Assembly (NCBI GenBank): GCA_013265495.1
Contig: MU058444.1
Location: forward strand, 1,488,001-1,552,000
DNA length: 64,000 nucleotides
DNA from: Vicugna vicugna
Taxonomy: Eukaryota
Reading direction: 5' to 3'
Numbering within the stretch: position 1 is the stretch's first letter; every line of letters begins with the position of its first letter. Positions 24,801 through 38,320 of the stretch are shown in pieces. A program made the translations under genes and the position numbers. Below the pieces are notes generated by a model that made no database searches, was not told the origin of the DNA, and worked only from the letters and a program-made list of their open reading frames with translations.

Positions 24801-27800
24801 ATCACCGGTAAATATATTCTCACTCCCAAAGCAGTAGTTATAATAATTAAATAATAGTGATTAGATAGCCCAGCTTTAATAATCTTTAAATATCAGTATT
24901 TTATGCAGAAAAATACATTCGTATTTCTCCTGTTAACTCAGTGCATTGGAAATACAAATAGCCTAAGATATGGTGTCATGATTCTTAACTTTTAAGTCAT
25001 TTCGGTTGAAATGTAAACAGACTTACAAGTTAGCTATTTCCCATCAGTTGTACTCAGTACTTTGATTTGGTTTAACCTAAGCAAATAAACACCAGTCAAA
25101 TGTTCTTCACGACTGCATGAAGATTGAAATTTGCATTTTTAAAATTTGATGGGTACAAGGGGGAATGTGCACACCTTTCTAAAATACCATACTTAATCCA
25201 GGGAAATGAGCAAAGTACGTGTTTATCCTTAATGTTTAATGCCTTTAAAATTTGGAAGTCTACAATGTTTTTGTGCAGCTATAATTTTCCTTACAAGCCG
25301 TCCCTGAACTTGAGGGCTCACAGTACTTTCATTGTCTGGGATAGTTTTCTGATACCAGTGTAGATTTATCGAGCAAATTCTAGAACTATTATGAAATTTT
25401 AATGTTTTTCCTTTACTCTACTTAGAGGCACCTGGTTTCTGGTTTAATTTCTTTTTAAATATTTCCTCCGAGTGTCTAAAGCAAAGCCGTATTTCTCGTA
25501 AGTTGGCAATTTATTGGTGAAGGCAAGATACTGAAAGGGCTTGTGAAATCTTACCATGTGCATCATTTTCCTTCTGCAAACTTACACAAACTGCATTCAA
25601 ACTTGGTGCTGCTCTTCAACCTTTGCCCTCCTGAAAATCCTTCAACTAATAGCCAAGTAGGATGCCACAGAAGCAGGCACAAACACTGACATCCATGGGA
25701 ACACCTCTATAACACAGTTATCACATGAGTAACAGCAGTGCAGTTTGAAATTTAGTGAAAGAATACCATTTCAGTCAGAAATGGTTTAAATCACTAAAAT
25801 TCTTGCCATTGTTTATTTCATAGCCAAACCAAACTCAGAATCTTTTGGTCACCGGTGCAGAGTCCAATCAATTACTTTGAGATAAAAAGCTACTTGTCTG
25901 CATGGATTAAACATAATCCCAGATGAAGTATATTATGGTGTTCCCCTATATTTTAGAAGAAATCATCAAGGTTATGAATTTGTCTCATGTCTCCAGAGTT
26001 ACAAGTAAAAAAATTGGCGACCCTAGAAACAATTCTTATCTTCCACACATGCTGGTTTTCTTCCCCCTAAGATACAAGTGAAAAATAAAAATGAGTGTAG
26101 GTGTCACAAGTCCCCAAAACTCATTTTCCCGAAGTATGATTTATAATATTAATCAGTGTAATTGTAATTTAATTGCTTAGCCAGGCATAGTGCTACCTGT
26201 GTCCTGGAAGTCAGTTGCTAGCAATCTTGGTGAGCACTTTTAGTATCCACCCTCCCCCCACCTTTCCTTCTAACGCAGACAAGATTTGGCAAACATTCAT
26301 TTTTCAAAAGGATCAACATGTGCAATGAGAGAAAGAAAATAAAGAAGAAGAAGAAAAAAAAAAAAACCTGCCAGGAATAGACGGGAAATGCTAACCACCA
26401 AACGAAAAGTCAGATTTATTTTTAATTAAAAGTAAAGGGATTTTAACACATCATCAGGATTCCTGGGTCAATTTGTATCTAAGTAGGTGAGAGCAATTTA
26501 GAAGAAATTTTTTGCAACTGCAAAGTATTAATGTTCCAAATGTGAGAGCATGTATTTAAAAGTCGTATGAGTCACTAAACAGACTGAATAAATCTATTTA
26601 GTATGAAAGAAGGTGGGACAGGAGAAACATCCAGGGCTTTTACAAGAATTGTTCGTAAAGATAAGCACATTTCACGAAGAGGGGCCTTCGTGGAAACCCA
26701 CCTCTCACAGTGTAGTGTTTGCCTGGGGTATGTACTAACACACTGATATAAGTGGCCTTCTGGCGAGAAACAGAGGCAGTTGAATGCGTGGAAGAGGTAA
26801 TTCCCCACTGTCATTCCTCTTGTTCATTTCTCCCTTTCCCTCACAAAAATCTGACGCACTTAGTCCGTGGATATGTAAACCGATATGTCCCATAGACAGA
26901 TCCCATCTTCCCCAGCCTCTCAAAAGAAACTTGCTCAAAAGAAAGCTGAAGCATTTGTAAATCTCTCTGTTTCCCTCCTGGTTTTGTTGGTGGTGGTGTT
27001 GTTATGTTGGTTTCTCCTTGAAAGGGAGAGTCCTCGTTGAAAGACAAACGTTTGCCGTGAAAGACAGATACCCAATGTTGATGGTATCTGCACTCCCAAG
27101 TTTGAAAACGATCCAGAGTCATTTGAATATGATCATAAAATTCTTAAGCAGAAGCAGTCTTAGATTGTGTTGGAGGGAGCAGGAGAACTGTTGGAGGGGG
27201 TGAGAGCACTGAGGCGGTTGAAGAGGCTGAAAGCAGGGGGAGAACCCAGGGAAGACACCCCCTTCTAGAAGCTTCTTGGTGAATGCATGTACAAGTGCAG
27301 AACAGAGTAGCGTCTGTGACATGAAACTGCTTTCAGCCCACTCTTTTCTTGGAGCCCAAACACAGCACATATGTAAGCAGGGAACATGGTGTCCATAGGA
27401 GGGGTCCACAGCAAGGCAGAGTGATGCCTACACCACCACCCTCGGACTCAGATGTGGCTGGGGTAGCCTGAAAGGGATTGTGGTTGTGGAAGCAGCTGCA
27501 TGTTCTATCTGGTTAACAGTTGTTAAAGAAGCCTTAGAAATGAATAATAAAAGAGAGCGACTGAAAACATTTGAAATGTTTAGTATTATTTTTAATGAGT
27601 GGTGGCATCACTGACTATTTTTAAGTGAACAGAGAATTTGTCAGTACATTTCATATTATTACACGTTCCTAAGATTGTTTTATATTGTTTCATGAGGGTA
27701 GGGGTTCTAGTAGCTATTTAAAGGAGAATAAAACAACATTTGAACATGAAAAAGTAAGCACTATCAATGAAATACCCATGGAAGGATTGAATCTGGCAAA

Positions 27801-29539
27801 CAGACTCCAAATAACTGACCTCAAGACACTTCCTAAGTCAGATGATTAGGGCAGATGCTTCAGGCATCAGCCAAGTTGACAGAATATTTAAAATAGGCAG
27901 GTTGACCATTAAGCAGTTATGCAATTAACCGTGAAAGGATAACTTCATTTGTAGAGCACTTCATAATTTTAAAACCTCATTCACAACAATTCAGCATTTG
28001 GAATTATTTATTCATTCAACAAGCATTGACCGAATGCCTACTGTGGGACTACTATGTGCCATAAGCTTTATATCCCACCCCCTCAAAAAAAACACCCAAC
28101 TAAGATTCTTGTCCTCACAGAGTTTACAATCGTATATTATAGCTTCAATTATCAAGAGATAATTCTACTTTTTTCTTGAGAGTTTAGTTAGAACGCAAGC
28201 AGGATAAAAGTAGGGGCTGAGGTTATTTTGTTCATCAGCATAAACAGCACAAGTTAGCAGCTCAATTAATATCTGGTGAACAATCAATTTTTAAACAAAG
28301 AGGAACAAAATTCCAGGGGTTTTATAAGGGCAGTATTCTCTGGAAACAGTATAAGGACTCATTAGACACAGTAGTTGACAAATCGCTGTATCTTTTAATA
28401 CGTAGGCTTACTTATACTACGAAAGGTTCCCCTCGTGGGGAAACTGGCGTATTCCGTGCCTCATCTCACAGCTGGGAATCAACGTGCAAACTTCTGCCAG
28501 TACCAGATAATCACGATGACTCAGAAGGAAAAGCATTATATGGCGAATCACATTAGCACTTGCAGAACACCTTGCTCTGTCCCCACAGGGAGCACTGATC
28601 AGGTGACTGCCTCTTGAATGCAAGTGGCCCTCGGCCCAAAAGAGCAACTTCTGTTCCTATCCATTAATACCTCATAACGCTGAGTTGAAATGGCTTCTCT
28701 GGTTAGTTTAGTTTTGTGTTTCGCCACTGTTTTTATGACCCATATCACAATGCAAGAAGCCCTGAAAGTGACCCCTTTTTGTTTAATAAACATTAGCAAT
28801 GAACACCACACCTGCTGAGGCTCACACAGGTATACACAGAGTTGAGACACACAGTCGGCATTTGATAAAGCAAGTCGGAGAGTTTCAAAGCCTTTCAACC
28901 CATGTTTTTCATACTTCACACTTCAGCAAATGGAAGACTCTACAAGCATCTTACCAACATACTGGCCAAGTCAAAACGGGTAGGAGTCTCTCAGATCAAT
29001 GAACGACACAACTGCCAATTTATCCCCATAATTCCCAGGAACAGCGCGTTAGTCCTCAGTGGAAAATACAATCTATAAATGTCACTAGTTGTGATACGTT
29101 CAGAATGAGACCGTTCAAAGGAAATTTTTAAATGACTTTATCTAATGCAAATCTGCCTTCAGAGCATACTTACTATTATCTGCAATGCTTTAATTTAAGA
29201 TAAAAAAGTAAAGCCCTACTTTTCCATATGATCTTTCTTTTTTCCCAGGAAACCAACACAATTGCATAGAATCCTCATCAAAAACTTTAGGGTAAAGCTT
29301 TAGGATAAATTTAAAGCCTAACAAATGAGCCCTAATTATAACACAAACACTGTCCAGCAGTGACAGAAAGAACTTGTGTATATATCACGCAATACCCTTT
29401 AATGTTCTGCCACACGAGAGGAAACCAACTCTGTTTTCTAAGTCAATATATGCTGAGGAAAGGTAACTAATAAGGAGGCCAGTGGACAATAATTACTAAT
29501 ATTCAAGTTGGAAACATACAATGCTATCCGTCTAACACA

Positions 29540-29870
29540 AAGGCTCTCAAACCAGGCTACACATTACAGCCACAAATGGGGAGCTGGGAGAACCTTTAAG
29601 AATTACTAATGGTGTTGCTAAGAGAGTAGCTCTTACTCCTATGTATTTTGTATTGATCATTTTGCGATATATACAAATATTGAATCTTGTTGTGTATTTG
29701 AAGCTAATGTAATGTATGTCAATTATGCCTAAACGGAAAAAAGCAAAACAAAAAAATGTACTAATGTCTGGGACGCCCAGAAGACCAATTAAATCACAAC
29801 TCTGGAGGAGGGCCCCAGGTATCAGTACATTTTAATACTGATTAGTAAGTGGTGACAGTTGAGAACCCCT
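29540..29870. mobile_element. MER5-like hAT-Charlie MITE interrupted by an L1 3'-end fragment (~29612-29758)
   Basis: ggctctcaaacc..gaccaattaaatcacaactctgg..gttgagaaccc. The insert has L1 3' motifs and an A-rich tail, and is flanked by tactaatg (29604-29611, 29759-29766). Confidence 0.65.
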
Positions 29871-32800
29871 AACAAACAGTCTTGGCAACATCCAAACCAT
29901 TACCCGCATAATACGTGTATGTTTCAGTATCATGAGAGCGTCTCCGAACCAGGACAAGATCTTTGATTTTTAACTTGACTGCTGCTCAGATTCCCTGGAA
30001 TGTAATCCAATTTAAACAGCACACGATGCTTGCATTCAGAGAACCTTTTGCACCGATCTTTACACTAAATACATCTCACTCGGCAATAGATAAATAAAAC
30101 ACACAGTCCCTGCTCTTTCCAAATTTAGAGGTGAGTTGTTTCTAGAACAATTTCCTAAGATATTTGTATTTGAATGCTGAGCTTAAAGCGAACAAGTTCT
30201 TAGACACAGAAAGAATAAGAATGTATCCCGCAAAAGGGCATCTGTTTATCACACCAGCTTCTTTGCTCGTTTCCAGCTCCTTCTTGGACTATAAGGTAAG
30301 GTGAATCGCAAAGGCTACTCCACTATAAGTCTTTAGAATTCAATTAAAAAAAACCTGTCATCTCAACCCACATAACTGGCGCCCTGCGTGCCTAGCCTGG
30401 GTATGCTCAGTTCTGAAAACGCCCTGTGGTCCTGGCTGTCAGAGGCGGGGGTGTGTGTCCGCGTGTCTGCGTGTGTGCACGCGCGCACGTGCGAGTGAAT
30501 GCACATGAGCTCCTCGGAGGGGCACGTGCATTTTGAGGCTGCCTCTGGCACAGGGTCTTTTTCTAGCTTCATTTCCCAGGTACTTTCTATATTTAAAAGC
30601 TATTGCTTTTCTCTTCTTAACCCTTGCATTCCCTTGGTATCTTTTGTTCTTCCATTTTCCAAAAAATTCTTTATCTCTCCGCCTCCCTTTTTAAAGGCCT
30701 TATCCCTCCGGCCTCCTTATCTAGAACTCTCTTTCAAGTGGGCGGCTGTTTTCTTTATCTCTCACCTTTCACCGCCTCGCTCTTCCTGCAGGGTAAGCCT
30801 GCCCTCTCCTTCCTAATCTCCAGTCTTTCTTCCTTGGAGAACAGTTGTGTTTTCCATAGCTGCGTGCTCATTAGCAGGGCAGTGATAAAATCAGATCGTA
30901 CTGTAACAATACTCTCCCCAGCGGATAAATCCGTTTTACTTTTAAGCTGCTTCAGGAGAAATGGATGCAAATATCGTAACCTGTCAGTCCCACTCTTGAT
31001 CTGTGTGTTCAGATGCAGAAATACTTTTGAAACACTGATAACTTTTTAAAAATATGTCTCGCCAATATGTTAAAAATAGCAATAATAGTAACTCTGAGTT
31101 TTAATGTGATATGCAGTCCTATAGTGAAAATACAAAAAAAAAAAACATACATAGCTACTGAAATACCCTGATTCTAGTCCACACCTAGCAAAATGGTTAA
31201 TTATCTTTGAGCCCAATGTATTAATTTTTCTCTCAATATTTTTTCACCTTCATTCAATTATTTTTAAGTTTTTTTTTAAACTGAAGTATAGTTGATTTAC
31301 AATGTTGTGTTAGTTAATATTTTTATATTCTGACAGGAGACATTTATTTTAAGAGGAGGCCTTAATTATATATACCATATAATTTAATACTGTCTCCTAT
31401 AATGTCTTTTCAGACTTTTCCTAGAAAATTCTCTAGATGCAATGCTTATCAATTGTATGTTATCTTCCAACTCTTTTAAGAAAATAAAATGAAGCCAAAT
31501 CGTCTACAATTTCTAATGTAACCCCGGAATTCCTCATATGTCAATAAACCACTCACTCACATGATGTATTTTCAAACGTATTCTTCTTAAATCAGTGAAG
31601 GACTCATTCGATGAGGACCGATCAGATAATGTCCCTTAAAGAGAGCAGTTTAAATGCCAACCTTCAGGACTGCTTAAGATTTTCCAGCGCTTTCTACGTG
31701 GCAAAAGTTGTGTCCACAGAACTCTGGAGCAGTTCAGTGGCTCTGAGGTTTTCACTTCTAAATCTACAAATGTTAACGGATGCTCGGGTCTATAGGAATT
31801 TGCTGGCATGCAGTGTTAGACTGTCCACATACACTGGCATCAGAACCACTTAGACGGATAAAAGCAGTAACTACAGTGCATGAGTTTAAAACTCATCGCC
31901 CTATAATCTCTATCCCGCCCTATAATCTCCGTGCTGTTTTCTTGGCAAGTCTCCAAATGCTGTCTGGATGCCTGACTCTTCCACTCGGCACCCTTTTCCA
32001 CTTTATCGCTTAACACGTGCTCAGAGAATGTCAGTCAGGAAGCCAGATTTATATCTTGGTTTGGGCCACTTAACTGTCTGAATGACCTTGGAAATGTCAT
32101 TTCGGAACCTTACAACTAGAGACACTTTTTTAAATCTAAGTTGCTTCATCTGTGAAATGGGGCAAAAAAAACAAGACCTCACCATGGGGAGGAGGGTGGT
32201 TAAAGCCATTAAAATGAGAGAAGACATGAGTACAAGTCGATGTGGCTGTATTTCGCGTCTCATCGTGGGCACGTGACCCAGTGCAACTCATTCCTGTAAG
32301 TTTTTCCATTGGTCAGTGCACATTGATAGACTGAGACAATGTTTGTATTCCTGTTTAATCAGCTGATGGGGAGAAAAACGTTTCAGAATTGCTATGGAAA
32401 GATCATTCCCCGAAATAAGGTTGTTATGTCTGCAAATAGACAAAGATCAACAAAGCCAGGGATTTTACACTGTTATCTTTATGCACCATCTCCCAACAAC
32501 TTGAAGGACATAAAACCTCTTTCTCCTTGGTGACACCCCCTCCTGGTTTTATCAGCTCATCTCAGTTCTCCACCCTATGGGATCCCAGTGCAGGACCAAA
32601 AAAAAAAAAAAATTGCTTGACTAACAGCTCCTGCACTGCACAAGAGGGAAAATGTAAAATGCACCCTCCGTGGAGGTTTTCGGTTAGTGTTCATGGAAAC
32701 TCGGTGAGTGAATGAGAGGAAGAGAGAGCTTGCTTCTCTTGGACTCAGTGAGCAACACTGGACGGAGGATAGGGGAAAGGGACTGTCCAATGCATATGGG

Positions 32801-35800
32801 CACATGTGCAAGGGAAGCAGAGATATTTACACAATTTAGAGCCCTGCATTTTGGATCCAAAGACTTGAGTCAAGTAGAGATTTTGGTACTGCCTGCTCTG
32901 TTCCACATGAGAAAGGTCACTTAACACCTCTGCCTCGGTTACATCCTCTTTTTTAAAAAAAAAAAATGGTGCTACATTTATTACTCAGAACACTGTCATT
33001 GAGTGGTGGACTGGACAATTCTCATACTTTTAGCCGAGAGACTACTCAAAGCATTTAGCATCCTGGGGCACCTTTAGAATAAACAAAGTTAGGTTAATGG
33101 TGGCAGTGATGGAGCAGAGTTATAATATGCAGTGTTTTCCAAACAAATTTTATCATTTATTTAAGGACCCAATTGCTGTTTTGCGAAATACATCCGAGGA
33201 CTGATCTGCAGTCAGCACTTTTGGGGAAAGAATTCATCCGTGTCTTGTTATCATTGGGGAAGCAAGATAAAACCATGATCAAGACCCTGTGCTCAGAAAC
33301 CAGACTGAATTTGAATCCTGGCTCCACTCTTTTGTGTCACCAGGCTTTGCCTCAATTTCCTGCTCTGCAAAATGGGGTTAAAAAACAGTTCCTCCCACAC
33401 AGGGTTTTATGAGGATTAAATGAATTAATAAGTGTATAAAGACTCAGCACAAGGTCTGGCACAGACTAAGTAATACGTGGCAGGTAATAATGGATTTCAC
33501 GACTTAGTGACCGGCTCCTGGAAGACAGGATTTTCTTCCGATGTCTCACGAGACCCCTCCATGCCTGGCATAGTGTTCAGCACAGAGGTGCTTAATAGAA
33601 TAACTATCTACTCATCTGTTTCAAAAATGTTTACTAAGCATATACCAGTAGCTAAACCACAGCAACTATTAAACAAATCAGTGAGTGCTTGCATATCTTA
33701 TTACCTGCGAATATAGTATCAAAAGCTAAGAAGGGTAGGCTGTGACTGCGACTGGTCCACAAAACTGTGATGCCGTTAATAACACAGCTCAACAGAATCT
33801 ACCCTGCAACTGACCACACAAAAGGTCCAAATGCCCAACTCCTATAGGAGGTTTCCGTGCACCAGTGTGAACCTTAACATCATTAGCCACAGGCAGTTAT
33901 CACAAAGGAATCTAGGACTATGTGCTTTTAACAGTAGTTTTCTTGAACTGAAAAGACACAGCTTCACTTTCTCAAATTGTACAAATACTTTGAGAAATAC
34001 TCCATGGGAAAAAAAAAATAAAGATCATAAAAATGAGTCCAAGGTATTAAAATCAGTTCATGGCTTTTCATGCTTTCTCTTCCTCTCACTGACCAACTGG
34101 AGACAATCTGATTGTCATTCACATTCATTCTGTCAATAGGGAAGCAGGGCAGCAGAAGAAAGATGATATTAAAATGAATCAAACCTGCTCTGTCCTAGAA
34201 ATTTTTCTTAGGTTGGGGGTAAAGGAGCTTTAAAGGAATAAATAGAGTGATTTTATTAAAAAGACTTCGTGCCTTAACACAGACAACCGAAAATAAAAGG
34301 TGTGCTCATTTTGATAAAATCAGTTATAAAAACTAACTTTGGTTCACCAGCTAAAAAGAGCTACCATCCGAATACAACAAGGCTGTCTTTAGGAGCCATT
34401 CTAAAACGAGAAGTACTATGAATGGTTCATTAATTGGTCTTTGGTCTTTATTTGCCAAATCTAGCCAATTATAATTTTTATATATAGTAGGTGGACAGAG
34501 ATAAAATCCCCGTGTCCAAAAATGGAGCTGTAATAAATGGAAGAGTTTACTTTTTCCCACATGCGTGGGAATGAAAATGAAAGTCTTCTGGTGCCCAGAC
34601 CAAACTCAAAACAAAATTCCTAAACGTCTGTTTTAGGATTTTGATGCCAAGCTTTAGCTAAGGAAAGAACAATCCACAGCACTGTTGAGACGCTCTGAAA
34701 AAGGAGGTTTTATACAAACGCTGACAGGCTCTGACCACCAGTTGTGACACAAGGCACCCGGGTAATTGCAGACTCCTTAAGACGTAACTAATTTCAGACG
34801 AAGTAGGAGAGCCAATATTTTGTATTTTAATTAAGAAACCGGGACTTTGTTTATAATAATTGACTGTTAGGTCAATTCTTGCCAGAATACACTTATAAAA
34901 GAGGATTTTTGCCTCCTGCAAGCTTTCATTTAAGATTTTGGAGCAGATTTAGGGTTTGGGATTGAAATCTTTTTAAATTTATGTTAGTTGCTTTCATTGC
35001 AATATTCATAGCTTAAGAATATATTGGTGTATATTTTCAACCTACTTACTCATCGGTGGTAATAAATATTATTTGCTTCTTGAAGAAAACTTTCAGCCAG
35101 AGTGATGAAAATATATTGTCTGTGATGAACACAAAGCCAAACTGTTTCCCTCACTAATTACTTAGAGCTGAAAGTAAATCAAAAGCTGGCAGAGTGTTAT
35201 AAAATGAATCCATCAATATTCAGGACAGAAGGCAACACCAAAGAGATCATCTAATAACAAATAAAATATCTTAGAAGAGAAACACTCACACGCTGATTTT
35301 GAAAATGTCTTTTTTTTTGGCTCTTCAGATTAAAGCATTCTATACAATAAATCCTCTAAAAGTGCCCATTGTCAAAAAAAATTTTTTTTCTTCTCAATCA
35401 TAATTATCTTTTGGCACAAGTGATAATAGTAACATTGCTTAATATTTGTTTTAAAAGTAAATTAGAGGCAGGATACATCTGAAAATTATACATCTAGAAG
35501 ATGAGGTTCCAAAGGATACCAAATGGAACACTGCCACCTCTTGGTTATAGAAACTGTAAAGTTGCCGAAGTTCACTGGAGGCTTTTTTAATGAAAATGTT
35601 TAAACATACTCTCAGCTTTTAGCACTAGTAATCCTATCTCAGTTGCTGTGAAAATATCCATCTTTAGATTTTTGTTTCTCAGTTGTAGTCCTTTAAGTAT
35701 TTTGGTTTCCATTTTGCAAGCTGGTCCCCAAACTCTTGAACTTTAGAACCTGGAAACAATTCTTCCTGTTTATTTTGTAAAGAATGGGAAGTAATGACCC

Positions 35801-36699
35801 AGTAATGAGAAACACAAAGGGACGTTTATATCCTCGGGCTCTGTTGTGAATATTTCTATTACTTCTTCTTATACCAAACCACACCACTCGCCCTACAGAA
35901 CAGGATTTTGCAGCGACACACTCAAAATCACTAATTGCATTTCTTTCAGCTAGAAGGATTTATGCCTTCCCACCCATAAGTGTTTTATGTATACAGTTTT
36001 AAATTATAAGGCAAAAGAAATGATACAGTAGGTGCCTAGGTGCATGTAGGGACTAATTGGTGGGTGAGACGGGATGGAGGGCTATAAATAGACAGATTTC
36101 ATTTAGGGCAGCATCTGAAATTATGATGTTTTTCTCTGAATGGGACAAAACAAGGAAAATAAAGAATGGAAGAGTAGACAGACTTAATAAATAAATAAAG
36201 GAACTGGTTGAACAGCATATTATACTATTTTTTTCAGTCCAGTTCTTACAATCTGGCCCTCTGGCTATAAAAAATAGAAAAACAGTAAGTAACATATAAT
36301 CAAAATAATAAGAAAAAAAATACATGTGTAAGAATTTAAAGGAACAAAAGAGAAATTCCTAGGAGCCAGCAAAAAAGAAGAAATGTAAAACAAAACTTTG
36401 TAAAGTGACTCAGTAGGTGTTCATGGGGCTATTAGACTCAAGTAAAACCTCAGTCTTAGGGACTACAGATTAAATGTCCATTTGGGATAAGAACATGACC
36501 TTGGACATACATGAGGTTTGATGTGGGACCTGAGCTCACTATAAAAAGCTAAGAAAATGAAAAACTGACTCGTGAGTGATAGAGGAAAGGGATAAAATCA
36601 CTGGGAAAGTAATGAGGATCTTTGGCTTAGCTTGAGGACCTAAGTGGAAAAAAAATTCTCCTTTAAAAATTAAAACAAAAGATTTCATGGTACTAGGCT

Positions 36700-37260
36700 G
36701 TCTTCCAAGATGATGGTAGAATCCCCAAGCCTAGAAATTTAAAAAAAAAAACTAGTCCTAAACCAATTGAACAAACATGAGTACCGAGCATCACTTCAAC
36801 ATCTGAGGGTACACAGTATTCCAGCAAGGGGAGAAATTCTCACTGAAGAGAAGTTCACAATCACAAATTACAAACTGCACAAGGAAACAATCTAACAGTA
36901 GCAGGTGCCATCAAATAAGACAGCAAGAGGTGTCGCCCGTGCCAACCCAGAGGCAGAGAAATCATCTGAAACAGACTGTTTTAAAGTATGCTTACAATGG
37001 TGAAAGAGACAATAGAAGACATAGAAACCACAATTTTTTTTTAGAGCAGGACATTGAAAAAAGAACAGGATGATTTTAAAAAATAGAAAAATTTTAAATG
37101 ATTTTCAAAATTTTAAAATTCAATAAATGATTTGAACAACCAACTAGACATACCTGAAAGAAAAATTAATGAACTAGAAGACTGATCTGGGATGTTTACC
37201 CAAAGGCACTACCAAAAAAAATTTAAAAATGAAGTGAAAAGACATACGAAGAGGAAGTGT
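36700..37260 (+). mobile_element. Old L1 5'/ORF1 remnant
   Basis: A-rich. aaaattcaataaatgatttgaacaaccaactagacatacctgaaagaaaaattaatgaactagaagac resembles the ORF1 coiled-coil region. Confidence 0.55.
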
Positions 37261-37464
37261 TGGAAATCTCTGCAAAACATTGTGGCAGAGTTTCTCTTCA
37301 ACAAACTCAGGGTGTTTGTCTCAATGTAATGTTTATAAACAGATTTCAGGAACAATTATTCAGTTGATCACCAATGTGGTACTCTCATATATTGCTTGAA
37401 ATAATCACAGAAAAAAAATGTATGTGCACGTTGCCAAATAGTAAGACTGGCTTTTAAATTATTG

Positions 37465-37601
37465 CTCATTTTGTTTGTTTTATGAGGGGTGGTAATTAGG
37501 TTTAGTCATTTATTTATATTTGGAAGAGGTACCTGGGGTTGAACCCAGGACCTCGTGCATGCTAAGCATATGCTCTACCACTTGAACTATACCCTCCCCC
37601 C
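37465..37601 (-). mobile_element. Vic-1-type SINE, long form
   Basis: Reverse complement of the same consensus. TSD-like ttaaat(t/g)attg at 37454-37464 and 37602-37612. Confidence 0.9.
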
Positions 37602-37694
37602 TTAAATGATTGAAGTTAAGAATTTTCACATGTTCTACACTGTGGAAATTTGAATTCTTGGAGATAATTCTAGTTTTGGCATTAGGTCCTCATG

Positions 37695-38320
37695 AGGAGG
37701 CAGCCTCTAAAATAGTTTCCTCGTGTTCACACCCTAGTGTCAGCGCCTCCCCTTGAGTGTGAGCTGAACTTACTGACTTGCTCCTACTGAGTAAAAGAAG
37801 TCATGGGGGCTCACCTCCACTCTCAGGTTATAACAAGGCTCGCCCCGTCTCAGGGGCTCTCTCTCTTTCTCACTCTCTGGCTCTCTTTCCTGAACCCCCA
37901 GCTGTCCTGCTATTAAGACATCATTCAGCCTAGGGGAGGTCCATAAGGTAAGGAACTGAGGCTTCTAGCAACTCCATCAGTAAGCCTACAGGCAGATCTC
38001 ACCCTTCATCCACCGCCATCAACCCATCAGACGGGACCACAGCCACCACCACCAGCTTAACCGCAGCCCCGCGTCTTGAGCACCAGTGTCTGTTTATGCC
38101 GGGGTCAGATTCCTAAGAGAAAGTTTTCTTTTTTTTTTTTTGATGGCATGACTGGGGATTGAACCCAAGACCTTGTGCATACTAAGCATGTGCTCTACCA
38201 CTGAGCTATACCCACCCCCGGGGTCAGATTCCTGACCCAGAGAAAGTACGAAATAATAGATGTTTGGTTATTTTAAGCTTCTGAGTTTGGAGGGTTGTCT
38301 GTTATGTAATAATGGATAGT
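37695..38320 (+). mobile_element. ERVL-MaLR solo LTR (MLT1E/F-like)
   Basis: ggcagcctctaaaat..tcacaccct..ctccccttgagtgtgagctgaactta..aaggaactgaggc..cagattcctgaccc..aaataatagatg..ttttaagc..tgttatgtaataatggata follows the recalled MLT1 layout. Confidence 0.75.
38115..38219 (-). mobile_element. Vic-1-type SINE, short form, nested in an MLT1 LTR
   Basis: Poly-T plus reverse-complement tRNA-like head. Direct repeat ggggtcagattcct at 38101-38114 and 38220-38233. Confidence 0.9.
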
